A DNA stretch of 49,534 bases, filler included, from Streblomastix strix (GCA_008636045.1; 3 parts of 3 records of this genome joined end to end with filler, not necessarily neighbours in it); one strand, 5' to 3'; positions 1 to 12,962 are shown, counted from the first letter of the whole stretch. The notes: generated by a model not told the origin, from the letters alone. A program made the numbers and translations.

Positions 1-496
1 AAAAATATTCTTAAATATTTAATTTCAATTGAAAATTAAATTATTTAATTTTAATAATTTTTAAAGATAAAAAATAAAAAAATTTTTATTAACTAAATAG
101 TTCTAAATTTCTAAAAAGAGATAGAATTTATTTAGTTATTATGTAATTATATATAGATTATGCATATATATACAAATAGCATAATTGTTACTCAAATTAA
201 TATAAGTCCCGATATATATTCAAACTTTAAATTTTTTTCGCAGAACTTTTGTCCATTAAAAAACACATATTGATACACCATTTTTAATATAATTCTTCGA
301 GTTTAAGTAATATATCTAAGTTGTGAATTTTAAATAATATTTATTACATACATTAAGTATATGACACATATCAATTTTATTTTAGATTGTTAATTAATAA
401 ATTATAATTATTTAAAATGTATGAAAAAATTTTAGTCTAACTTTTATTTATCAGTTTATTTCAAATACAGTTCCATAATATTATACTCTTGAAACA

Positions 497-2163
497 ATGC
501 CAATTTATATATCTTATGCAGGCAAATAATGTAGGAAAGGATTAATTAATCATAATGATAAATACACTTTAGCGAAAAAGATTAGTTTGCTTCCATTATT
601 CATGCAACTAAATGGAATTGAATAAACGAAAAATAAAAAGTTCATAGAAGATGCGCATATAACCGTTTATAGAAATAATATTCTCATACATAACGCAAAT
701 GAACATTGGAGCGATAGAAAAGGAAGATATTCCAGTAGAGATAATGCATGGAAACTAATGAAAATTATTAAGCTTCATAATAAAGATTACTATAATGCAA
801 CTTTTATACCATTGCTCAAAAAAGATTACAAGATAAAAATAAATTAAAGCATGAGATTAGATTTAAAATAATTGAAAGATGATAAATTGTCATCAATAAT
901 CCATTCATTTTTTGGCAACATATGTGAGAAAGCAACACGAGGAGAATATAAAGAAGAAGCTGATATTGCAACTGATTTAACTAAGATAACTAGAAATTAT
1001 GCAGGTGAATCTGGATTAGTGTTTATAATTAAAGAATGAGATTCTTAATAAGAGATTAATGTAATACTTTATAAAACTAAAACTAACAAATATGAATAGA
1101 TGCACATAATTATATTATCGGATGATGGTAAAAAACATATAACTGTATAAGAATTTTTCGAAAAAATAGTTGATAATATGTTGTTAAAGGAGTTAGATTC
1201 AATTCAGATAATCCAAATGTATTCAATGTCTTTCAAGGATTTAAGTATGAAAAATTAGAATAAGTTGATGAATCAAAGATAGATATGTTCATTAATGATC
1301 TTATATATGGAACAATAGCAGGAGGAAACTAAGAAGTTTTTGAATATATTCTTAATTAGATTGCATTCATTGCTTAAAATGCAGGAAAAAAACTAGAACA
1401 GCTGTCATTCTTCAAGGATTATAAAGAATTGGTAAAAACAGATTATTTGTTGTTATTTAAGAAATATTCTCAAGATCTAGTCAACCAAATATATCAACTA
1501 TTGAAGAATTCATAGCAACTTTCAATTCAGTTGTTGGGAATGTAATGTTTGCAGTTCTGAACGAAATGATGAAATATAAAGAATCCAAGAAAGATACTAC
1601 AAAAGCAATGAAGACAATAATTACAGATAAAACTATAAGAATTAATTGGAAAACTAACCACGATGACATGCAGAGAATGTAATCACCACAAAAATAGAAA
1701 TTAACAATGACAACACACTCTAATTAGACAATAGTGATGGATACTATTTAATAGTTAAATGCAAAGCTGTTCATAGAAGAGATCATGAGTGTTTTAATAA
1801 GCTAAATAAAAGAATAGATAAAGATTTTTTATGACGATTCAATGAAATAATTATTAAATGTTAGTCGAACACCAGTTGATGATATTATTATCAAAAACTA
1901 TTAGAAACGTAAAGATGCAATTCCAATATCAGAAGTAAGCCAAATGAAGCCATAATACTAGATTGAACGAAGCTTCAAGCATTCTATCTTGCAAAAATGT
2001 TCTGAGCCCAGAATATATATAGATAAAAAAATAAGTTAGAGTATATAAATTACTTGAAGAAAATTATTCCGTTCATGATGATATGATACATGATCTAGAT
2101 AAAGAAGATTAACGCGAGAAATAGGTGGAAATAGAAAATGCAACTGAATATTTTATAGAATGA
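497..2163 (+). pseudogene. D5-like/SF3 helicase (primase-helicase C-terminal part), frameshifted
   Basis: GTIAGGNQEVFEYILNxIAFIAQN, Walker A AVILQGLQRIGKN (~1400-1440), Walker B FAVLNEM, then KAMKTIITDKTIRIN. Several frameshifts. Confidence 0.8.
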
Positions 2164-2255
2164 ATGAATATTATTTTTGTTCATGATCTATGGAGAATTA
2201 ATATGAAATGCTTGTTGTGACAGATTCTGTCTTATTCTGTCTTAATTATATTAGT

Positions 2256-2624
2256 GATGTTCATTAGCCACGGAAGATTAATGTGAAATCCTTGTTGTGA
2301 CAGAAAAGACAATACACGACAGAAAAAATTTATCGTCTAAAGTTGATGGGCACATGGACTGTTGGCCCAATTATAAAAAAAACATGTATGACGTATAGTT
2401 GACGTGTTTGAATCAATATGTTTTCATATATCTGTACCGATTATGCTAATTCTTAGCAATAATATTCATTCCAATATGTTTGATGTCGAATTAAGGATAA
2501 AATTTAAATCTGTCCGACTATACATCCGTCATTCAACTTTTAGTATCTCTTATTTTTCTGCCTTGTCTTGTCCTTCTGTCTTGTATTGAATTTAGATCTA
2601 ATTCTCCATGGCTATTGAACATCA
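2256..2624. repeat. Imperfect inverted repeat (fold-back/MITE-like) with a tandem copy of the left end
   Basis: TGATGTTCATTAGCCACGGAAGATTAA...GACAGAAAAGACAATACACGACAGAAAAAAT...AAAGTTGA (2256-2346) mirrors the reverse complement of ~2532-2624. The ~33 nt at 2192-2224 recurs at 2272-2304. Confidence 0.65.
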
Positions 2625-2719
2625 TATGTAAAAGTAAAAGATAAATAAGATAGAAATAATGAAAATGGACATTTTGATTCAATTACCCTGATTATCGCTC
2701 ATATTAATCACATAATTGA

Positions 2720-3153
2720 CGCAAAAATAAATTATATTCATTGACTATTTGGTTAGTTTTAACGGTCAAATATTTCATTGATTTGAAGTGAATACTGTAC
2801 ATTTATTATGATCATTTTCTATAGACGTCGAATCAATATTAATTACAAATCAATTGCTCAATTTTGAAGTTCCTATCGTTGAACTCTATACCGTTATTTG
2901 GCACAGGAACGTTACTTTGTGGCAATGCACTCAGCTTCTTCTTGCGAGCTAAATTTTTTTTAGGTCTATCTGTAGATTCTATTTTCTTTTATTCATGTTA
3001 AGTTTATGCAAGATGAGTAACATTAAGTTATTGATCAATAATAGGAGCCTGAATGACTTCATCAATAGGACTAGATTATTATTCAATCAATTTCAGAACG
3101 ACTTGCTTGGATTATCATTTACGGATTTGTTTTGTTTCACTGATTGTTTGCAT
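2720..3153 (-). pseudogene. Small basic orphan ORF of the element
   Basis: MQTISETKQIRK*QSKQVVLKLIEQQSSPIDEVIQAPIID...; internal TGA and frameshift; no family recognised. Confidence 0.35.
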
Positions 3154-4118
3154 TTATTTTTAAGAAAAATTCTCAATTACTTATATTAAATTAAATTTTA
3201 TAATTTGCTGCTAATTAATTTTTATTTTCAATAATTAATTTAAAATAAAATATAGATAACTCAATATTATTAATTTTATCATATGAATTCAATAGTTTAC
3301 ATACAACATTATCGTTCTTATAAGTAATGAATGTAGCTAACTCATTGAATTAACGCCTCTATTTCTAAAATCTTATAGGTAATCTAATAAAATCAGCGTA
3401 ATTCATTAATATATTTCCATTCTTGAAATTTAATTAATTCTCTTTATATTGTCTAATCGTTATCTGTTCCAATTATGTTTATTTTTATCGTATGGATTTA
3501 CTTTCTAATACTCTATAATACTACACATATTTTGAAGTAAATCTGTTCAAAAATGCAAGATGTGGTGTTTTATTGTAAATCTCTACCATTTATTACATCT
3601 AGCTTGGTGTTGCAAATCCTTAAATATCTTATCCAAACCCCTTTGATTGTGCCAATGAAGCTATCAACAACTCTGTTATATTATCTAAATGGAGATCCTG
3701 TAAAATGCAATGAAATCAAATTATCTTCACAATATTATCTAATAATATTAGTCTTAATTCCACTTTTATCATCTTCTCTAATATTGTTAATATAAATCTA
3801 ATTAATGAGCTTCTTTAATGCAGCTAATATAAACGTCGCATTCCTCTCATAAACAATTAACGGAATGACAACTAAATATTTTGTATTAATGTTGATCGCA
3901 AATAAATAATGTTATCTTCTTCGAGTTTAAGGATTCATATCAATTACAAGATCAACTTCCAAAGATCCAAGTTTTGTAGAAAAATATGTGCGTAAATGTT
4001 TGTTTAATGGCTTTATTTTATTTTCTTTGATTTCCATTGGATTCGAAATCTTCACATTATTAATTTTTTCATATTTTTTTGATATTTTAATTGTAGGGAA
4101 TAATGAAAGTACTGCATG

Positions 4119-5806
4119 AGGTTAGCCAACTCTCTTAATTTGGGTGAATCTCATCACAATAGACCTTCTATATTTTTCTACTAAAAAATATTTTAAAAAA
4201 TTTTAAAATCATTTTCTGGAATTTATATCAGTAGGCCTGCTGAAATTTTGTCAAAAAATAGGCATTTCCGGCCCGGCCATACGCGGCTATTTCCGGCTCT
4301 TAATTTTATATTAATTTGATATAACAATGTATGTGTGATATATATGATGTCCTAACCATGGAGAAGTGCGAACTATCAGAAATTAATATTTTTTTTATTT
4401 CTACTATTTTAAGGAGTGTGAATGCTTTAATCTTATTTATTTATGTTTATTCTCACTTCATTTTTTGGTATAAGTTATATTAGTTTATTAAAAGAAAGAA
4501 TTTATGTTTAAACTGGTTCTGTTGCAATTTTTTATTTTAATATTAATTTTAGCTTTATACATTTTACAATTTTGTTTTTATTGTTTGAATTAATAAATTT
4601 AAAAATATAAATTTTTAAAAATAATTGTCTGAATTTATTTTATAGTTTAACATGGTAATTATTTTTCTTTCTTATAAATATCCTTACTTTTTATCCTCGT
4701 ACAGAATTAAAATATACTTATACTCTAAAAAAATGAATATAAATATATTATTAAATATTTTTAAACACAAAATAATAACATTTGTTGGTCTGATTCATCA
4801 TAATTTGACAAAAAATAAAAAATTCTAATTCCCCACTGAGAGATAATTTCGTAAAATATATTTAAGAATTCATATATATATTAAATATAATGTTAAAATA
4901 GAATAATTTTATTAGTTAAAACATTCAATTAAAAGAATACTTTTTTTCATAATTTTTTTTTATTAATTTTTATTAGGTAGCCGGGGTAGGCCGGGTTAAT
5001 ATAAATCAAAACCCGGCTTTTCCGGGCAAGGCCGGGATTTTCTGCCAGCCCTAATTATATCAGTTCAATTCCATCTCTTTGCAGAAAAATGCGAAAAAAA
5101 TTATTTTGGCGATTAAAGCCAAAGATTGATATATTATATTTCAATTTATATATATATATATATATTTTTTATATTTTTTCAAATAGAATTAATTAGAATT
5201 GCAACATTTTTCACGGCAAGCGCGGTAGAAATCAGAGAATTTTTTTTAATTTACATTTTCACCGTCAATATCGGTTTTGACGATAATTCATTTTAAATAT
5301 TTTATTTATAAAATTTTATTTAATTTTTTGCATTTAATAAACTTTACAAAATATGATGATTGGCCGCAAAAAATAAAATTTTATTTTTTTTCCTTGAAAT
5401 GCGCACGTCGCACAATAAAAAAATTAATTTTGTTAATGCAAAAATGTGATTTATATTTTTATTTAGCCACATTCACAAAATGAAACTGTATAAATTTATC
5501 ATTATGGTAAAAAACGAAAATTAAAAAAATTTGCTGATTTCTTCCGCGCTTGCCGTGAAAAATATTGCTATTCCAGTTAATTCTATTTGAAAAATCACTA
5601 TAATTAAAAATAAATAAAAATTGAAAAATTATATATCATTCTTCGGCAATAAACACCAAAATATTTTTTTTCACACTTTTCTGCAAGGAGGTGGAATTGA
5701 ATAAGACAATAATTCAAACTTTTTTTTAGTTAATATTTTTACTATAATATTTTCAAATAAAAACAGAAATGTTCCTTCTGTTGAGACGCGTCCATTTGTT
5801 CAGTAA
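4119..5806. mobile_element. Non-autonomous fold-back element with long imperfect TIRs inserted in the integrase
   Basis: 5064-~5270 is the reverse complement of ~5500-5701 (e.g. TTTTCACGGCAAGCGCGG vs CCGCGCTTGCCGTGAAAA). Similarity continues weakly to the ends. CATG flanks both sides. Confidence 0.6.
4232..5053. mobile_element. hAT-like MITE nested in the left arm of the fold-back element
   Basis: Ends TAGGCCTGC...GCCAGCCCTA with CCGG-rich subterminal motifs at both ends and an AT-rich interior. Flanking direct repeat TTATATCAG at 4223-4231 and 5055-5063. Confidence 0.7.
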
Positions 5807-6183
5807 CATGAAATCTGCTATTATCTAAATTTCTAATTGATTTAGAACGTTTTGATGGTGCATTATACTTTTCTGCTTCTGCTTAATATATTTCGAACCA
5901 TTCAAGTAGGATCTTTCCACCAATCTATATTTCATCAGCATGTTTAATTAAAATATTTTATTCAACTTTACTAAAATTAATTCTCATATTTGATACGAAC
6001 TCTGCAAACTTCATTATAAAATTATTTGTAATCGCTAATTGTATGAGTAACTGCTACATAATATATGATTCAAATTCAATTTATTCTTCTGTTTAAACAA
6101 ATCTTGTTAAAATATTTAATTAATTTAATCTTAATTAGTTTATAGGTCTCCGTTCATTTTATATTCAAAAATAATTATAAACT

Positions 6184-6698
6184 TCAATTGCAGATCTTAC
6201 TCTCGCAGGCGTAATTGATAGTTGCTTCCCAAATAGTTTTAAAGATAGCATGACAATCAATTTGGAGCTATTCAAACGCATCAATTGCTAAACGAATGTA
6301 AGCGAATAATGGTTCAAATAAATATTCAAATGGCATTTTCATTAACTAAAAATAAATCAAACATTCATCAATCTTATCAACAATCTGTTTTAGATTTTCC
6401 ATGCAGTTATTTCTAGCATAACTATAATCCTCTAAAACATTATGTAATCCATTTTGATTGGATTTTCAATATATAATTCAATTGTTTTTTTCTACAATTT
6501 TTAATATAATAATCCTTGCAATGATGCTTTTTATTATTTAATAATTTTATATATATCTTTTTTTTCGCAATTGTTTAATCCTTCAAGTATTATTTGTAGT
6601 TGCATTAATAATTTATATAAAGCTGATGTTTATTACATTGATTATATACATTGTTTAGGAATATTAATTATTTCGTCCTGCTTTTCTTGCTTACTCAT
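6184..6698 (-). pseudogene. Orphan ORF of the element (one probable frameshift)
   Basis: MSKQEKQDEIINIPKQC... then NGLHNVLEDYSYARNNCMENLKQIVDKIDECL...ESKICN*. Confidence 0.4.
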
Positions 6699-6722
6699 TT
6701 AACTAATGTAATAATATTAAGA

Positions 6723-9700
6723 TCACTATTTAATAAAATATTTATCTGCGCTGATATTTCTGATAAAAGGCAAACATGATTGATTAGATAATATTATCAT
6801 CTTTGTATCAGATCCCGTGATTGCATTTTTCTCCATTTTCAACCAACTCATAATACTCCTATACTATGCTAATGTAGTATTGATAGCTATAAATACTATT
6901 GTTTCTTTAATGTTGTCTATGAATGTTTACTCATTAACTTATAGGTTTTTATCCTAAATAACACCTTTCAATTCAATGTCAATATTAATTGTATAATTTT
7001 TATGTGAAAGAGCTATACAGTTATAACCATATTTTCAAATACTATATGCAATATCTATTTTTCCCCAATTTCGCTTTATAAACAAACATTATAAGTATAA
7101 TTGAACTGCTAATCTTTGATGACTTCTTCGATTAACTAATCTGGACCTCTATTTGAATTTCCTGCTATAGCTAATGCTAAACTATCTGTATCCAATTACA
7201 TAATATGCATTTTTGCTATATCGAATGCCATGTGTATGAAATTATATTTGAAATTAATATATCGAAATTATGCAGAATCTAATACGAAATATGCAACTAA
7301 CAAATATGTATTGCTTCGATGATTCTTCTTATTAACTTGTACTGCGTATATATCATCATTCAATTCAGTCGAATGTATGAAGCCACTCATCATGTGTTGA
7401 ACAAATATTTTATTAGCTAATAGCAAATTTTTTATTTGAATATTTCTCAATATTCAATGCAACACCATCAAATACTGAATTCAACAGTATTTTTGCAAAA
7501 TTTCGATAATATTTCATACTTAGCATCTTTCGCTTACTATCGAAGATTCATAAATTCCTTCATGAATAAGTTGAAACTAGTATGTTTCATAAATATGGTA
7601 GCACTAATTATCTCATCTATTAGAAGACGATATGTATCAATTAATATCTACTAATAATAATTATTGAAGGACATTATTTCATTATTTATTTCAATTAAAT
7701 TTGTTAATTTTCGTTCAGTTCTATCGTGCGGAAGTTAATGATCGACTAGATGATTATACATAAATTCTCCAATTATTTCTTTGTTGGTTGTGATATCAAT
7801 ATTTCTTAGAATTGTACCCCCAATTAATAGCTTCATTTAAATATTTCTCATCAGCATGACCCTTAATCTCAGCTACAAATATTAACATTTTATCGACTAC
7901 TAATGGATCTTCTGAGAATCTATTTTAATCATATATTAATGCTTTACATCTATCTTTATCATCAATCTTTTCAATAAGTTATGCAGGCATATATATTATG
8001 TGATTTGTATAAGGATTTAACATATTGGGTTCGCCGCTCATAACACTTGGATATTAGCTATGAAAATCTAATTAAACTACATGAGTCATCACATAATCTG
8101 AATCTATCGAATACACACATTTATTTTCTTAATCAAATTCGAAATGATTAATTCTCGTTTCTCCAGCAATATTGTATCTATGTATCACATTTGATATGCC
8201 TCCAGTGATTCCTTTACGCAATAATTGATATCCTTCATCACTCGTTAATGTCATGGGTAATTGTTTAAATAACGTATATTTGTATTATTGCTCTATTAGT
8301 TTCATTTATTTTTTATCACGGTTAGCTTTACATACATTACAATACAAACAGCATGGAAGTACGTTATCTTTTGAATGACCTAACTTATTATCTATTCTAT
8401 CTAATGTGGGCCTATTCTTCCATGTGAATCGTGCATTACATATGTGGCATCGTTAATTCTTGAATAATTCTTTAAAATAATCATAATCGTCAATCGTTAC
8501 ATTATTGCTTGAATCTCTATTCTTTTTATTATCTTATTCGATATCGCTATCTACTTGAGATCTCCAATAATATTATGTGATTTCGATTGATTTATCAGTG
8601 CAGTTAGAATTATAATCTTCATTAATGTCGAAGCGATTATATACCAAAGTATACTTAAGAGCATTAGAGCATTATGCCATTGATATATTAGCTGACATAT
8701 CTATTTTAAATTTAAATATTAACTCAATCAAATAATCTATTGGTTCAATAAGAACTCTAGTATCCAATATATTATAATACTTCAAATAATCTCATCGTAA
8801 TTTAAACTTAGATGCTTCGACTAGATAGTCTTAGTACTTTAATTCAGATTGCTTCATATTTTTTAGTATATTATCTAACTACTCAATCGAAAATTGTTCA
8901 TTATTATTTAATTCTTCTATATAATTTTTATCATTGACAAACTCATGTGGAAATCTACCTTTTATGTAAGTTCTGTTTCCAAAATCTCTAATATCATCTT
9001 TTAATTCAATATACATGGCGGAAAACTAAATATCAATGAATCTCAATTGTTTCTTTTAATTCTAATGTTTAATAACAATCTATTTTCCGATTTTGCAAGA
9101 TCCCAAATACTTTGAGATAGTCCAATCTTTTAATTTCAAATTCTTAAACAGCACTGACGCATCAAATTTAGCTGAATTGAACCCAATTACAGGTACTGCT
9201 TAAATTGTGGTAGTATCATCTATTTTTTATTATCTTTCTTAGTTTATTTCGCTTCTTCGAACAGTTATTCTAACCACTTATCTAAGAAATCTTCTGTTCG
9301 AACATCGTAATAAATTGAATGGATACCTCTTGCCAATTCGACAGTTGATGCAATTGCATATGGAATTAATATTCCAGTAACTTATGAACTATCATCAAAT
9401 TTTTCATTAATTTTTATTTCTAATGTTTCAATATCAAATATTATGTAATATCTTGTTGGTTTGAACAAAAGAGTTAAATTATTCGCTAATTGATACTTAT
9501 AAGTTTTGTTAGATAACATCTGAAGAACAAACGGTTTCGCGAATCTTTATAAGATAACTTTCTTCCCTATTTTCTCACCATTCTTTTGACAATTTTTCAT
9601 GAGATTTCTTTTTGAAGTTTATAAATTTGAATCACCCATTCTGAATGCATATTTATGACATATATTATAATAACGAAATCCAGTTAATGCTTCTATATCA

Positions 9701-11218
9701 AAAATGTACATAATATGTGTGTTAATTCCATCATTAATGAATAGGATATTGAATTATTTGTCGGAGTCATTAACGAGATAATTTTATGTCAATTCATAAT
9801 GTGGTGGATTAACTTCAAATGTATACATGTGCACATTAACCTATTCTTTATTAATGAAATTATCAATATCTCCTACGAAATCGAATCCTTAATAATTATC
9901 TCGAAACTCCACTCCTTTTACTCTTGAAAATATACGCTTAGCTTCTGCGATTCAAAATGAATCCTTCCAACGTTTATCCTTTGAATTAGGCATTGTGATG
10001 AATGAATACGCTTTCTAGAAGCATAGATTCACCTTACCATCGACGTAATATATTTTTCTTCGATTGATATGCAACAATAATGATGGGATTACTGCACCTT
10101 CTTGTGAGTATCGAAATATTAAAGGCATTTCTGTGATTATAGCTACTATTTTTTCATGAGTGTCTGTGTTAGTTCTCTCTTATATGCTTCCTATAACTGT
10201 TCAAAGATATTATTTGTACATATTAATCTTATATTTATATATATTCTCTAATTTTACTCTTCTTTCTGAACTTGCATCTACTGGAAGTATATATTTGTAT
10301 TTAGTTGATTAATTTCCATTATTATTTTCAATATATTCAATTGATATTCCAAAATAAATAGCTATTTTAAACACAATATCTTTTTCTTTATCGTATACAG
10401 AATCTAAGCGCGTATCTAAATTAATAAAAGATGCATTATGATTGAAATATTATTTAGCTGGTTTCATTAAATTAATTGATGATAAATTATATATTTTATT
10501 CGAAATAGTACATATTTCTTTATTATATAGGTTTAATGAATGATCGTTTACCCTGTTGAAGTATATTTCATTTTTTACATCCTGTAGCATAATCACATCA
10601 TTATCGGTATCTAGATAATGATACACATATTTTTCATGTGTTCTAATGTAATCTCTAATTAATTATTAGTCTGTTTCGAATAGTAAATTGATGTTCATAT
10701 CCTCTATATTACTAAATTCATCAATCAATTGTGTATATCTTGTTTATCTATCTTCTTCTTATTTTCTCCTGCGTTCGTGTATCTCTTATGCTCTTAATTA
10801 ATGCAACTATTATCTATATCATTCAGAATAAAAAATATCTTCTTAATCTAATAATTCTGGATTGAACATTACTCCTAATTCTTTTACGTCTAATTCACGA
10901 TATTTTATTAATAATTTTTTTTTCATTTAAAACTATATTTCTCATGTTAAATGTAATTATTCTCGCTAATTGAACCACTTTCGAACACGATTTTTTTATA
11001 ACAGTTGCTGCTTTGGATTGATTCATATAGATATTACGTGAAACTACTGCATTGATCGCTTACTCAACAGCTTTAATGTTATTACGCTAGCCAGAGAATC
11101 TGATCTTTGTCAGTAAAGAATTTAAAATTGATCCTTTTTGCTTATCATTCAAATTTATGCTTGTGCTTGAATCGCATAATTAGAGAAGTCGATTAATATT
11201 TGCAATTGATATCTTCAT
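6723..11218 (-). pseudogene. polB: Protein-primed family B DNA polymerase (pPolB) with OTU-like and HNH domains
   Basis: ExoI FDIET (9424-9438), ExoII GFNSAKFD (9161-9184), ExoIII YYNILD, GITGGIS, motif A DFHSQYPS (~8045-8068), KILLNS, motif C DTDS (7181-7192). In-frame TGA at 8792, 9952 and 10819 plus frameshifts. Stop at 6723-6725. Confidence 0.92.
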
Positions 11219-11268
11219 TCGAATCATTTCAATAAATCAAAAATAAATTATCATTTGATTGTTCATTC

Positions 11269-12354
11269 TCAATTTGTTTCCATTTGCGATTCTGGAGCTT
11301 AATATCCTAACTATAGTTAAATTGATTGATTTTCCCGATATGTTATTGGATCAACATTATTATATATTTTTCCAATATTTGTTGCAAATGCTACTTCATC
11401 ATCATCAACCATTTTCGAAATATTGAGTTGCAAATTCATTTTATACACTCTTGTTGCTTGTTTAACGGTTTCATTACTTGCTGCATTCCAATTTACTTAT
11501 GCATCAATAGTTTTCAATAGATTTCTTAAAACTACATCCCAAGCTGCTGCAATAACATATATGTACGCTCCTATGAGTTTCCATAAATTTCCTCCATTAG
11601 CTTTATTTAATTCATCTGCCATAGTTGAAACATGAGCTGATATAAAGTGTTGATGAGAATTCAATCTTTAATTATTAGTCGGAATTATATTCTCTACATA
11701 TGGAACTTATTCTTCTTTCATGTAGTTAAAGAATTTCGAAGTTTTATGTTAGCATTTTGGTATGTGACGTTTAGAATCTTCTTGGAAACTATCATGTTTA
11801 CTTTCAAGTTTAGGAATATATCCGCTTAAAGAATAAAGCTTTCCTTTATCAATATAAACAGTTGAGAAATTAGGTAATAGTTCTTCAGGTCCATTTGGAT
11901 CTAAATTTCTAGCTCTATAATCAGCCACGCTTTTCCTACTATCGAGATATGCTTGTATTGGAGGTAAAGTTCTCAATTCTATATTATATTTAATATCCCT
12001 ATATTTAAATTTCTTTATGTCTAATATTTCTGATAATGCTGCGAGCTATGTATTATTGAATGTATAACTTAGAATTTCACATTTTTTAGCCACACCAGCT
12101 TTCATTTTATTTACTGGTACTTATTATTGTTCTGTTAATGGTTATCCTTATCCTTCTTATCAAACTTGAAATCTTGACAATTGCGCTTAAGCCATGTTTT
12201 GGTTTTGGATAAAAGTTGGTTATTATACTTATTCTATCAATTATTCTCTTGGCTATTATATTGATTATTAAAATTGTTATAATTATACTAGTTGATTTTA
12301 TGTAATTATTTAAGGTTAACTTGCAATATAAGTTGATAAAGGATTTGAATTCAT
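11269..12354 (-). pseudogene. Orphan ORF(s) of the element with Gln-rich N-terminus
   Basis: MNSNPLSTYIASQPQ...; LRTLPPIQAYLDSRK...YIDKGKLYSLSGYIPK; MADELNKANGGNLWKLIGAYIYV...; frameshifts present; no family recognised. Confidence 0.5.
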
Positions 12355-12355
12355 T

Positions 12356-12820
12356 TAAAATATTAAGGTCTAATTTTTTTATTAAACTCTTCGAAATGCT
12401 TTTGTTATTTCATTCAAGAAAGCTAATTCTTCATTTTTACTTTTAGGACCTCTGAATTTGTATTTATTGTTTACTTATTATTCCAAATCATTAAATTCAT
12501 TAATGAATTCATCATTATCAATTACATTTGCCCATATATTTATAATTTCATTTTTTAACTCTTATGAACTTATTTTGGTAATTAGAAAAGGTTCATAACC
12601 GAATGAAATAATTAATAACAAACAAATGTCCTTGACAGCATATATAGATCAATTACTGAGTAAATAAAAATCCAATAAACATGAAGTATAATCAATGATT
12701 CATAAGGAACTAAATTTCTCATATAACTCTTTCAATCTTCTTATAGGTTAACGTGGAAGCGGTAAATCATATAACGTATTCGAAGTGCTCATCAAATTAA
12801 GCTAATTGCATAATAAATTT
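12356..12820 (-). pseudogene. Orphan ORF remnant truncated by the transposon end at 12823
   Basis: ...ISFGYEPFLITKISSQELKNEIINIWANVIDNDEFINEF...NEELAFLNEITKAFRR. Confidence 0.35.
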
Positions 12821-12822
12821 TA

Positions 12823-12962
12823 CAGTAGAACTCGGTTAATTCAGACTCGGTTAATTCAGACAATCGGATAATTCAGACTTTTCAAAATATATTCAAATTT
12901 ATTTAAAAATTAGCTTTAAATTTATCGTTTAATTCAGAAATTTTAATCGGATAATTCAGACT
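12823..12962. mobile_element. pogo/Tc1-mariner-like transposon terminus
   Basis: TA (12821-12822) followed by CAGTAGAACTCGG, with five copies of TCGGWTAATTCAGA-like subterminal repeats. The partner end is not found in the window. Confidence 0.7.

Larger units (their letters stand above)
3173..6251 (-). pseudogene. Retroviral-like (rve/DDE) Polinton-type integrase, split by an insertion at 4119-5806
   Basis: Core reads YFSTKLGSLEVDLV...HYLFAININTKYLVVIP...NNIREDDKSG...HFTGSPF...NRVVDSFIGTIK (~3655-3990). An upstream frame from ATG ~6251 runs to CATG 5807-5810 and resumes after CATG 4115-4118. TGA stop at 3173-3175. Confidence 0.75.
497..12822. mobile_element. Decayed Polinton/Maverick-like endogenous viral element (termini not seen)
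   Basis: Compact intronless cluster of SF3 helicase, rve integrase, protein-primed family B DNA polymerase and orphan ORFs. All read in the TAR=Gln code with scattered TGA stops and frameshifts. Confidence 0.85.

Noticed and set aside
8792..10821. TGA read as Trp in the viral element
   Set aside because: Host genes end in TGA, TGG is used elsewhere in the element, and frameshifts show pseudogenisation.
12830..12962. Short repeats as a CRISPR array
   Set aside because: The units are ~14-16 nt, mostly adjacent with no regular spacers, there are no cas genes, and the context is eukaryotic. They fit transposon subterminal repeats.
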